From a virus (Duplodnaviria > Caudoviricetes): DNA of 55,716 nucleotides. The position numbers and the translations under genes were made by a program. The notes below the pieces were generated by a model, which did not search any database, had not been told where the DNA came from, and worked only from the letters and a program-made list of their open reading frames with translations. Positions 1 to 8,227 of this stretch are shown in pieces (within the stretch, counting starts at the first letter, position 1; every line of letters starts with the position of its first letter). Where the stretch lies: positions 1 to 55,716 of the IMG/VR virus record IMGVR_UViG_3300024265_000060; one strand, 5' to 3'.

Positions 1-77
1 CCCCCATCTGCGAACAACGCGTGATTTTCTCAGATGGGGGTGATGCTAATAAACCTCGAACGACTTAAACTTCGAGG
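1..77. repeat. Terminal overlap, left copy (circular genome, ~55,639 bp unit)
   Basis: Positions 8-60 are identical to 55647-55699 and 71-77 match 55710-55716. Positions 61-70 are the reverse complement of 55700-55709. Confidence 0.9.
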
Positions 78-238
78 CCCGATACAAGAGTTGCGGGCCG
101 CCTACAATCTTTTGACCTTCGGGTTTTTGGCTGCGGCGGGCAGGTGGGGCGTTGGTAGTAGATGATGGGGTAGACGGGAGCCAACCTCGCAATTTTTTTC
201 TGGGTAGATTTTTTGGCTAGAATTTCTGGAGCAGCAAA

Positions 239-499
239 ATGGACGATGAGGTTCAAGCTGAGCCGTTGCCGGTTATTGAACCGGAGGTGGTCGAGCCGGA
301 GGTGGGGGCGATCTTTTCGATTCTTGCTGGGGTTGTAGATGGCTGGACGAGGCTGGCGGTGAGGGTGAAGCAGGATGGGAAGATGGAGTTTTTGCCGCTG
401 GACAAGGTTAAGGATCAGAGGTTGCTGTTGAAGTATGCTATTGATCTTATTAAGCAGGCTGCGAAGGAGGAGGGGATTGTTTTGAGGAGGGTGGTGTAA
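239..499 (+). CDS. hypothetical protein
   Basis: 86-aa ORF with GGAG upstream; codon style matches the plus-strand block. Confidence 0.7.
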   Translation: MDDEVQAEPLPVIEPEVVEPEVGAIFSILAGVVDGWTRLAVRVKQDGKMEFLPLDKVKDQRLLLKYAIDLIKQAAKEEGIVLRRVV

Positions 500-501
500 C
501 G

Positions 502-663
502 ATGCCAGATACAGGCAAATACACACGGTGTCAGTGCGGGAAGCTTTATCTTGTTGCGGCATATTACGTTGGTGATCAGTCGGTTTGTTATGCGTGCCGG
601 AGTGCGCTTGATGCTGAGTATGCACGCCAACAGAAAGAAGATGGTCGTGACTTCTCTCGCTGA
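502..663 (+). CDS. small Cys-rich (zinc-finger-like) protein
   Basis: Read manually: MPDTGKYTRCQCGKLY...VCYACRS, 53 aa, with GGAGG upstream; below the ORF-track cutoff. Confidence 0.55.
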   Translation: MPDTGKYTRCQCGKLYLVAAYYVGDQSVCYACRSALDAEYARQQKEDGRDFSR

Positions 664-1051
664 CGAGGTGGAGGCACTGTGTCCATGCGATACGGGACGC
701 GATGAGTGGTGTGGGATTGTAGACTGTTCATGTATGTGGCCAAGAAAGAAGAGTGCTCCGCAGTGTGCAGACGAACATCACGATCTCGCCCGGCGAGTGG
801 GGGAGATGGACCACAAGGCCACGTTTCTTGTACCAAAGAGATTGCTGGATTGCAGCTACACGCTGAGGGAATGCTTCATGACTAGCCCCACGCCCTGCTC
901 GCGATGCGGGGGAATGGGTAGCATAGAAGTTGAGCGCGTCCGCATTCTTGGTGATGGTGTCTACGGTGAGCCGACATATGACTACCTCACTTGTATCGTT
1001 TGCAACGGCACCGGCCAGCAGCCGCAGAGGAAGGAGGCGGAGACGAGATGA
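641..1051 (+). CDS. Cys-rich protein with DnaJ-type CxxCxGxG zinc-finger repeats
   Basis: CSRCGGMG and CIVCNGTG motifs; start uncertain (641 or ~878). Confidence 0.6.
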   Translation: MVVTSLADEVEALCPCDTGRDEWCGIVDCSCMWPRKKSAPQCADEHHDLARRVGEMDHKATFLVPKRLLDCSYTLRECFMTSPTPCSRCGGMGSIEVERVRILGDGVYGEPTYDYLTCIVCNGTGQQPQRKEAETR

Positions 1052-1218
1052 GCGAGTTGACGACCTGTAACTACTGTTCGTACCGCGAAATAAAGGAGCG
1101 AGATAAGGGTAAGAAAGTTGAGTTGAGGCGCGACGAACACGGATGGCAGGAGGTGTTTGTCGCTGGAGAATCGGCTGGCGTAATCTTTATGGAAATCACG
1201 GACCGCTGTGTCTGCTGA
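1048..1218 (+). CDS. small hypothetical protein (CxxC...CxC)
   Basis: ATGA-coupled start after GGAGG/GGAG; MSELTTCNYC...DRCVC. Confidence 0.6.
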   Translation: MSELTTCNYCSYREIKERDKGKKVELRRDEHGWQEVFVAGESAGVIFMEITDRCVC

Positions 1219-1851
1219 TACGAAGTGATCGACCGTGCCAGCGACGGCTCTCAGTCAAGGAGTCGGGGACGTGCGAACGGCAGGCGGAAAGCATGCGCTT
1301 CGTGCCTCTGCAACCCATACCGAGCGATGCACGGGCCGCTCTCGCTGGCTCCGAACAATCTGCTTCGTGCGTTACGGCACGACTTCTTCGGATCACACAG
1401 CTTCCGTAACGGCTCTGATGATCACGACGCAAGTAGCTGGCCCGGCTGGCAGAAGGGCACCAAACTTCATAGATAGGAGGCGGGGATGAGTGAGATTCGA
1501 GGAAGCATGGGTCGCCAGCCTGCGCCAAGCGCTGCCCGCGAAAGAGCGGACAGATTGCGCTCGGAAGCAGACCAACTAGAGGCGTTGGCGGACGAAGCAG
1601 ATGCGTGGGACGTAAGCAGTAAGGCGGAAGTGGCGTTGTGGCATCTACTGATGAGGCAGCGATGACTAACCCACGAAGCGGAACGGGTGACACGTACACA
1701 CCCACCAACCTAATGAAACGTGATGAGTTGGCTGCACGGTTGCTGAGCTATCTGGACTGTTGCCTCTACATGACTGACCGAGGCAAACTTCGGAATATGC
1801 AGGCGCTCATGCTGCGGCTAAACGAAGCAATCATGCTTCATGTGGAGTGGA

Positions 1852-2628
1852 ATGATGACTGACGACACCCTCCGGCGGGAGATCGAGCGGATGATGCGGC
1901 CATTCCTGTGGCCGTGGAACGATACGGCGAGAAGTGTGCACCCAAAAGAATGGCGGTTGTTCCAGAAAGCCGTCGCCGTCGCGCTGGAGGTGGCGAAGAA
2001 ACACAAAGCGCCCGGAGGTGTGTGGTATAGCGCAGCGACGCTTAAGAAGGCGGTTCTGGCCGAACGGGGGGGGAACAAATCGGTGGTACGGTCATGGGCC
2101 TGCTTGGATTGCAAGAACGCAGACAAGCCTAAGATCGGTCACGCTACCTGCAAGCTGATATTCAAGGTCTTAGCCGACTTCGACCTGCTGGCCGACGCCG
2201 TCCGCAACGAAAGCGGCGGGGAGTCGCGAGCCGAGAATCCCGGCGTCCGCACCGACACCACATTCTGTGATGCGAAACGAGAGTCGCCGACCGAGCCGCC
2301 ACGAAGGCTGCGAGACGAGTCTACGCCCGAAGGCCGAAAGGCATGGGCAGCGGTTGATAAAGCAGCAGACAGAGCACCACAACAGTTCAAAGAATGCGGC
2401 TGCGGCACGACGGGGTGTACGGAGCATTTGTCGGATCTACCAAAAGGGAAACAGTGCCGGACGTGTGGTGACTTTGGAACCATCAACATTGTCTGTCCTG
2501 ACTGCAATAACGGCGACCCAGTCCCCAACTGCCAGCCGAGAGAGGAGCGGTGTCTGTGCCCACTCTGCGGTAAGGAACATATTCCTCAACCTCTGCACTC
2601 CCAGCCGAAGGAGCCAACCGATGTGTGA
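1852..2628 (+). CDS. Cys-rich hypothetical protein
   Basis: ~258-aa ORF with several CxxC pairs at the C-terminus. Confidence 0.6.
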   Translation: MMTDDTLRREIERMMRPFLWPWNDTARSVHPKEWRLFQKAVAVALEVAKKHKAPGGVWYSAATLKKAVLAERGGNKSVVRSWACLDCKNADKPKIGHATCKLIFKVLADFDLLADAVRNESGGESRAENPGVRTDTTFCDAKRESPTEPPRRLRDESTPEGRKAWAAVDKAADRAPQQFKECGCGTTGCTEHLSDLPKGKQCRTCGDFGTINIVCPDCNNGDPVPNCQPREERCLCPLCGKEHIPQPLHSQPKEPTDV

Positions 2629-2813
2629 TTGTGGTCCTGAGTTTGAATGCCTCACATGTCACTGGTGTATGTGTTGTTCAGGCCACGCAACTGGGTGCAG
2701 TGAGCCGCTGAAGGAGCCAACCAACGCGCAGAAAGATTTGTGTCGTGATGATGATGCACCACGTCGGGACTTTGAGCGTGAGACGTATCAGCAAGCAGAC
2801 GAGGAGCCAGCCG

Positions 2814-3002
2814 ATGGCTGAGCGTCCAAAAGTAGTCACCGATGATCACCTCAAATACCTCGACAACCTCCGAGAATCCGGCGTCACAAATATGTGGGGA
2901 GCCGGCACCTTTATTCTGAAAGAGTTTCCTGCGCTCACAGAGCCAGAGTCCAGGGCTGTCTGTAGCTATTGGATGAAGACATTTGGAGAAACCAGCCGAT
3001 GA
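2814..3002 (+). CDS. small phage protein (YLDNLRESGVTNM motif, DUF5049-like)
   Basis: GAGGAG RBS; the LDNLRESGVTNMWGA motif resembles a widespread small phage family. Confidence 0.6.
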   Translation: MAERPKVVTDDHLKYLDNLRESGVTNMWGAGTFILKEFPALTEPESRAVCSYWMKTFGETSR

Positions 3003-3220
3003 CACCTAAAGAATCCTTTGCGAAGGCGTGCAGGGAGGCGGAGGAATTGCGAATCCGCTGCCTTGATAATTTCGTAAGCGACGAAATGAAGGCCGCCCAC
3101 CGTGCGATGGCGGTAGCGTTCCTAAAGGGCATTGACCTTCATTGCGAAGAGTGTTTCGGCTGTAGGGGTGAAATTGTTTTGTTTATGTGCGACTGCGGAC
3201 TGGAGGATGCGACAGCATGA
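2999..3220 (+). CDS. hypothetical protein
   Basis: ATGA-coupled start with GGAG RBS; C-terminal CxxC...CxC. Confidence 0.55.
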   Translation: MTPKESFAKACREAEELRIRCLDNFVSDEMKAAHRAMAVAFLKGIDLHCEECFGCRGEIVLFMCDCGLEDATA

Positions 3221-3472
3221 ACAAGCCAACGGTAGAAGTTGAAAAGGTAAAAGTGCGGTGCTGGTTCAACGGGCAACCCCCAGTTATCGCAGGTGGAGAA
3301 ATCAAGTGGTGCAATGGTATTCGCATACTGATAATTCACGGCTGTATTGGCATGTCAGCATACCAAGTGACGGGCACGACACCATGACGAATGTGGAGGA
3401 GGCGCGGGAATCCTGTCTCTACTTTGACGATGAATCGATAGGCTCATCGCCAGCGTCCGGGCCGAGCAGCCG

Positions 3473-3997
3473 ATGAAGCAATGGACATGCGGCCACCACT
3501 TCCATGATCGGCGGGTCTACTTCGAGTCGAAAGCCGACTTCAAGCACCACATGGATGGCCATGCCGAGCAGCAAGGCCGATTGAAAGGCTGCCTCTGTAA
3601 CTGTCATACCGATACCGAGCATGTGATGTTCACCGGAGAGCATGATAACTGTCGAATGTGCATGGAAGAACTCGTCATAGAGGCAGAGGCAATGGGGAAG
3701 GCAGCGGCCGAGCAGCAGCCCCGGGGGCATGTGGCGGATTGTCGGTGCTGCAAGAAGCTGCGCGAGGCGGAAGCAGGATTAAAGGCACTGAATGAGGCGC
3801 ACGAATCGAGAATGAAAGAGCCGGGAGAAGTGCCCTGCCTCTGCTCGGAGTCATGCGGAGAGTTCCGCTGCTGGTTAGCTACATTTCGTGACGAAGCCCG
3901 CGCCGAGGTCGAGCGATTGAGACCAAACGGGAAATTGCCCACTAAGAGGTGCAGGAAAGCTACGAACAAAAGTGGAATGACGGGTGATGGTGGATAA
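3473..3997 (+). CDS. Cys/His-rich hypothetical protein
   Basis: 174-aa ORF with multiple Cys/His clusters. Confidence 0.6.
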   Translation: MKQWTCGHHFHDRRVYFESKADFKHHMDGHAEQQGRLKGCLCNCHTDTEHVMFTGEHDNCRMCMEELVIEAEAMGKAAAEQQPRGHVADCRCCKKLREAEAGLKALNEAHESRMKEPGEVPCLCSESCGEFRCWLATFRDEARAEVERLRPNGKLPTKRCRKATNKSGMTGDGG

Positions 3998-4436
3998 GCC
4001 ACAGCAATGTAAAGGTTGCCCATACTTCAGCCAACCTGGCCCAGTGTGGCCAGATGGGCCGAAAGATGCTAAGATAATGCTCATTGGCGAAGGGCCAGGC
4101 AGAGATGAGATTGCTGAAGGAAGAGGTTTTGTTGGGAGTGCTGGGCACGAACTCTGGGCTATTGGTAAGGCCGTTGGGTTGTTGCGTAGCATGTGTTGGG
4201 TTACGAACTTAGTTAAATGCTTGCCAATGGGGGCAGCAAGGGGAAATTATGCGTTGGACCCGGCGGCGATTAGACATTGCGGGCAGTTTTTGCTGAAGGA
4301 GATAGCTGGGTGCAAACCAAATGTGACCGTCCCAGTGGGGGGGATTCCGCTGCGGGCGTTGATATCGAAGGAACCGATAAGAAAATTTCGGGGGGCAACG
4401 ATGACGTCAAGCGAGAAGAAGTTATTGCTGACGTGA
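3987..4436 (+). CDS. uracil-DNA glycosylase family 4-like protein, N-terminal part only (lacks HPS motif B)
   Basis: CKGC, IMLIGEGPG (motif A), GRGFVGSAG, TNLVKC and IRHC give the Fe-S Cys set. The ORF ends shortly after FRG, before the HP motif. Confidence 0.9.
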   Translation: MVDKPQQCKGCPYFSQPGPVWPDGPKDAKIMLIGEGPGRDEIAEGRGFVGSAGHELWAIGKAVGLLRSMCWVTNLVKCLPMGAARGNYALDPAAIRHCGQFLLKEIAGCKPNVTVPVGGIPLRALISKEPIRKFRGATMTSSEKKLLLT

Positions 4437-4627
4437 ATAAGTTGCTGGATGAGTTGATAGAGGGGGAAGGGGATAAGGTTTTGTTGCTGGCTTTTATGAA
4501 TAGCCAAGGGCAGACGAAGGGTATGATTTGGAACTCAGGAAAGATGTTGGACTTGCAGGCGGTTGGGGATATGTTGAAGAAGGTTTTTTCTCAAGAGACG
4601 TTTGCTGAGGAAGGGAGTTTGAATTGA
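4433..4627 (+). CDS. hypothetical protein (start uncertain; possible C-terminal half of a split gene)
   Basis: Protein-like frame EEVIADVNKLLDELIEG...; the only nearby start is a GTG overlapping the UDG stop. Confidence 0.55.
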   Translation: MNKLLDELIEGEGDKVLLLAFMNSQGQTKGMIWNSGKMLDLQAVGDMLKKVFSQETFAEEGSLN

Positions 4628-4917
4628 GCTTGAAGACGAGAGTTGTAGAGTTGGAGCGGCAGGTACGGATGCAGTCTGAGATGGGTGGTGGTATCCAAAA
4701 TCGAATAACAAGCTTAGAAGCAAAGATTTTGGGTGCATATGTTGGTAATCCATACACGACCCTCTTCACCTTTGGTACTGCTGCAGCCCGAACAGGTGGC
4801 CTTGAAGAGCGCCTTGTTCGAGTTGAGACGGCTTTCAATAGGCTGCTTGATGAGAAAGCTGGCAAGTGTAAGGCTTGCAAACAACAAAAGCCAGTTGATG
4901 AAACGATGAAACTCTAA
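4624..4917 (+). CDS. coiled-coil hypothetical protein with C-terminal CxxC
   Basis: 97-aa ORF, GGGAG RBS, LExR repeats. Confidence 0.65.
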   Translation: MSLKTRVVELERQVRMQSEMGGGIQNRITSLEAKILGAYVGNPYTTLFTFGTAAARTGGLEERLVRVETAFNRLLDEKAGKCKACKQQKPVDETMKL

Positions 4918-5159
4918 TGTGGAGAATTGAATGGGACACGGACTGCACGGGGGCCGTGTATAATGGGGAGAGTTTGGCGTTCATGTTTGAATTGACTGAT
5001 TGTGGTGGGGATTCTAGGCATGAGGGCCATGAGAACATGAATGATTGTAAGGATTATGAGGGGCAGTTTGAGCAGTTGGAAAGCTTAATGATGTTCTTGA
5101 ATAGATATGGGTGGAGGAATAGTGAAGACGTTCAAGCTAACAAGCAAGTCAAAGGTTAA
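4917..5159 (+). CDS. hypothetical protein
   Basis: 80-aa ORF, TAATG-coupled to the upstream gene. Confidence 0.6.
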   Translation: MWRIEWDTDCTGAVYNGESLAFMFELTDCGGDSRHEGHENMNDCKDYEGQFEQLESLMMFLNRYGWRNSEDVQANKQVKG

Positions 5160-5457
5160 GCCGATTGGGGCGAGGGTGTTAGTGGTGCCGATACCCGTAC
5201 CGGATGAGACGACCAAGGGGGGTTTGTTGATTCCAGACACGGCTAAGGATAAGCCGCTCGTTGGGAAGATCGTTGCTTATGGGGATCCGAGTGAGACAGG
5301 AGCGGAGTTTGATGGGAAGTGGCCGCCGTTTCCAATCGGAACTGTGGTATTATATGGAAGGTTCGCGGGCGAGGACTTGAAGCTTGAGGATGCTAGGGAG
5401 GAATCGTGGCCGAAGATCATGACGATGCACGACCTTCTTGGCGTACTAGAGGGTTAG
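5122..5457 (+). CDS. groES: co-chaperonin GroES (Cpn10)
   Basis: VKPIGARVLV...ETTKGGLLIPDTAKDKPLVGKIVAYG...VLYGRFAG...DLLGVL is the Cpn10 signature; GGAGG precedes a GTG start. Confidence 0.92.
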   Translation: MKTFKLTSKSKVKPIGARVLVVPIPVPDETTKGGLLIPDTAKDKPLVGKIVAYGDPSETGAEFDGKWPPFPIGTVVLYGRFAGEDLKLEDAREESWPKIMTMHDLLGVLEG

Positions 5458-5993
5458 TTAGTCCTTATGAGGTAAGTCCGCCGGAATGGTTGAGATATTC
5501 GGGACTTGAGTGTCCGGAGTGTCACAATTCTGGACGCTTTGTTATTCACGCATATGCGGAGCAGCTTTTTGATCAAAACAAGCGCAAAAGAAGTGCGATC
5601 AGGTTCACGGACCTTGCTGAAGGTTGGACCGCGAGATTTGAATGTGCGAGGTGCTCGATCTTCTTCAAGGTTGGTGAAGATCGTGCCGATACTCCATCCG
5701 AGCTTCTTGTTGAGAGGGGGGTGGGCGTGGCGTGGCACGATGGCGAGAGATTTGCTAAAGATAAAGAACGAGGCGGAATTTCCGGAGGTTCGAAGACGTT
5801 CGGTGAGTTATTGCGGGGATTGGTTGCCAAAGCGGGTGAGAATTCCGGGAGAGGTTCCGGTGGCGGTCGATCTGGAGACGGTCAGAGGAAGACCGGGCGT
5901 GATAACGCAGGTGAACTGGGCGACAGAGGAAGGCTTAGCCTTCGCCGCTGGTTGGAACAAAGAGGTGGAGGCGGAGACAAAGAAAGCAGTTGA
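5406..5993 (+). CDS. zinc-ribbon protein (CPEC...CARC); C-terminal ~100 codons run out of frame over the polymerase
   Basis: GGAGG RBS before GTG 5406. The protein-like part ends near FFKVGE (~5678); the rest is a low-complexity overlap. Confidence 0.55.
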   Translation: MAEDHDDARPSWRTRGLVSPYEVSPPEWLRYSGLECPECHNSGRFVIHAYAEQLFDQNKRKRSAIRFTDLAEGWTARFECARCSIFFKVGEDRADTPSELLVERGVGVAWHDGERFAKDKERGGISGGSKTFGELLRGLVAKAGENSGRGSGGGRSGDGQRKTGRDNAGELGDRGRLSLRRWLEQRGGGGDKESS

Positions 5994-7659
5994 GGCAACT
6001 AGGACTATTGTCTTGCATAATGCTCAGTTTGACGAGGGAGAGTTTTGGCTGAATGGGATTGAGGTGGCGGGTCCGATCTGGGATACGATGATTGGGGCTG
6101 CGATTCTTGATCCGGACATGCCGAATAATCTTGAGCATGTTGCGAAGGATTGCACAGACTTGCCGCTTTGGAAACACCTTTCAGGTGTGGACTTAAGGGA
6201 ATATGGTTGTTTTGATGCGGATGCTACGATCCGTATTTTTAATTATCAAAAGCAGCAGCTAGGTGTCGAAAATGTGCGGGCGGTATTTGATACTAGTATG
6301 GAAGTGCTGCCGTTGCTGATTGATATCAGGCGGAAAGGGTTAAAGATTGATGTTGGAAAAATGCGCGCAATGGCTGGAGATTGTAAGGGAAAAGAGGAAG
6401 AGGCTGCGGGTGAGCTTAATCAAGAAGTTGCGAAGATTGAGAAGAGGGCGGAAGCGAAGGAAAGTCTTTTTTGTGAAGCAGCGAGGTTGGCAGACGAAGC
6501 CGCAAAGCTCAGAGAAGAGAGTAAAAAAGGCGCGGCGCTCAAACTGGAACGAGAAGCTAAGAGGCTGGTGAAGGCGGGGGAGTTACTGGTGAATGTGAAC
6601 TGGAATTCACCGAAGCAATTGACGGAGGTGCTGGATGACCTTGGGTTGCCAAGGAAGTATAGTAAGCACGGACGGCAGACGACGGATGCTGCGACGATGC
6701 AGGAGCTTGCGAGGGTTAGCGGGAACCCGATCTTGCTTAAGCTGCTTAGTTATAGACAAGCTAACAAGCTGCGGACGACATTCCTCCAACAGAAGTTCGG
6801 CGGGGATGAACGGGTTCATCCCACCTTTCTTCTTCACAGGGACTATGATATCGAAGGAGGGCTGGAAGGAGCTTGTACAGGCAGACTTGCTTGTAAAGAT
6901 CCCAACATGCAGAACTGGCCGAAGTCGGTGCGCGGGATTGTGGTGCCGGATGAGGATGGTTGGGAAATGGCTGCGGCGGACTATTCGCAGATAGAGTTTC
7001 GCATTATGGCTTGGAAGACTGGGGGGGAACTGTGGAAGAAGGTGAACGAGAATGGGTTTGACGTTCATACTATGGTCGCTGCGGAGGTTTTTAAGAAGCG
7101 GACGGACAACGTTACGCAGGATGAGAGATATCTAGGGAAGACCTCAGTCTATGCAGGGATTTATGGAGTGGGACCAATCACGCTTAGTCGGCAGCTGATG
7201 AAGAAGGGTATTTTTCTTCCGGTTGCCGAGTGCAGAAAGTTTCTCAATGCTTTCAAGAAGATGTTTCCGGATATTAAGAGGGTTCATAAGGCTGTTGTTG
7301 CGGAGGCTTATGCAACCAACAAGGTGACGAACCCGTTTGGGAGGTTTCGGCGGTTCTATAAGCCGTTCGCTGAGGCGACGGCGATTTATAATATCTTTCC
7401 GCAATCAACTGCAGGGGATGTTATCTTGAAGGCGATGGCGAGGCTTTATAAGGAGCTGCCAAAGCCCGCGAGAGTTGCGATCCAGATTCATGATGAGTTG
7501 GTTTTTTGTTATCCGAAGGAATTAAGAAAGGTTGTACATGAATGTGTTATAGATGTTATGACGGCGAAGCACCCGGAGCTGCCGGGGATGGCGTTCCCCA
7601 TATCCCTGAAGGCTGGAGACTCTTGGGGATCGATGAGTGGCAAGCGGGTGATAGGTTGA
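5674..7659 (+). CDS. polA: family A DNA polymerase with 3'-5' exonuclease; N-terminus carries UDG motif B
   Basis: Exonuclease motifs VDLET, HNAQFD, DTM and YGCFDAD; polymerase motifs TGRL, DYSQIEFR, RYLGKTSVYAGIYG, QSTAGD and IHDEL. Begins KIVPILHPSFLLRG. The frame is open from 5506 and the true start is uncertain. Confidence 0.95.
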   Translation: MKIVPILHPSFLLRGGWAWRGTMARDLLKIKNEAEFPEVRRRSVSYCGDWLPKRVRIPGEVPVAVDLETVRGRPGVITQVNWATEEGLAFAAGWNKEVEAETKKAVEATRTIVLHNAQFDEGEFWLNGIEVAGPIWDTMIGAAILDPDMPNNLEHVAKDCTDLPLWKHLSGVDLREYGCFDADATIRIFNYQKQQLGVENVRAVFDTSMEVLPLLIDIRRKGLKIDVGKMRAMAGDCKGKEEEAAGELNQEVAKIEKRAEAKESLFCEAARLADEAAKLREESKKGAALKLEREAKRLVKAGELLVNVNWNSPKQLTEVLDDLGLPRKYSKHGRQTTDAATMQELARVSGNPILLKLLSYRQANKLRTTFLQQKFGGDERVHPTFLLHRDYDIEGGLEGACTGRLACKDPNMQNWPKSVRGIVVPDEDGWEMAAADYSQIEFRIMAWKTGGELWKKVNENGFDVHTMVAAEVFKKRTDNVTQDERYLGKTSVYAGIYGVGPITLSRQLMKKGIFLPVAECRKFLNAFKKMFPDIKRVHKAVVAEAYATNKVTNPFGRFRRFYKPFAEATAIYNIFPQSTAGDVILKAMARLYKELPKPARVAIQIHDELVFCYPKELRKVVHECVIDVMTAKHPELPGMAFPISLKAGDSWGSMSGKRVIG

Positions 7660-7816
7660 CGAAGGGAGATGGGAGGTTGTACAGAATTGAGAAAATGAAC
7701 CGGGAGCATAGTTTTGTGATAATATCTATACCGGACATTACGACAGGAAGGATTCCATTAGTCAAGGCCGAGTTGTTGCAGGTGATGAAGGCAGGGTATG
7801 TGGGGGTGAGGAAGGT

Positions 7817-8005
7817 ATGAATTGGAAGGCGTTGTGGCAAGCGATTGGGGTTGTGGTGGGCGGGGGAATGGGGGTGGCCGGATTTTGGCTAGGGATCGCT
7901 TTCTATCCGAAAGTTCTTATGGTTGTTGTCGTTGCTATTCTAGCGTTTCTTGGAGTTTGTGTGGTGTATGTTATGATTGACGGCCCTGACAAGTGGCGTC
8001 TTTAG
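7817..8005 (+). CDS. small two-TM membrane protein
   Basis: Two hydrophobic stretches in 62 aa. Confidence 0.6.
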   Translation: MNWKALWQAIGVVVGGGMGVAGFWLGIAFYPKVLMVVVVAILAFLGVCVVYVMIDGPDKWRL

Positions 8006-8227
8006 ATGGATCTTAGCTGGATCGCAGCAATCTTCACGCTGCTTGGGCGACACCTTCTGGGCAAGAAGAGGATTGCTGGGTGGTGGGTAGAGATTATTGC
8101 GGGGTTGTTCTGGCATTGGATCGCCTTTAATCATGAAATTTGGGGCCAGTTGACGATGAGCGTTATTATACAGGTTATGAATGTTAGGGGACTAATTTTG
8201 TGGAGTCGCAATGCCAAGGGGCGGTGA
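8006..8227 (+). CDS. small PnuC-like membrane protein
   Basis: WIAAIFTLLG..LLGKK..GWW...NVRGLILW pattern of phage half-PnuC proteins. Confidence 0.55.
   Translation: MDLSWIAAIFTLLGRHLLGKKRIAGWWVEIIAGLFWHWIAFNHEIWGQLTMSVIIQVMNVRGLILWSRNAKGR

Noticed and set aside
5506-5673. N-terminal extension of PolA from TTG 5506
   Set aside because: No RBS; it overlaps the zinc-ribbon gene and looks like shadow sequence, though it contains an RGA that cannot be fully excluded.
4415-5680. Group I/II intron or intein explanation for the UDG-polA interruption
   Set aside because: The segment is packed with ORFs in different frames with stops. No P7 or domain V elements, GUGYG/AY ends or intein terminal residues were seen.
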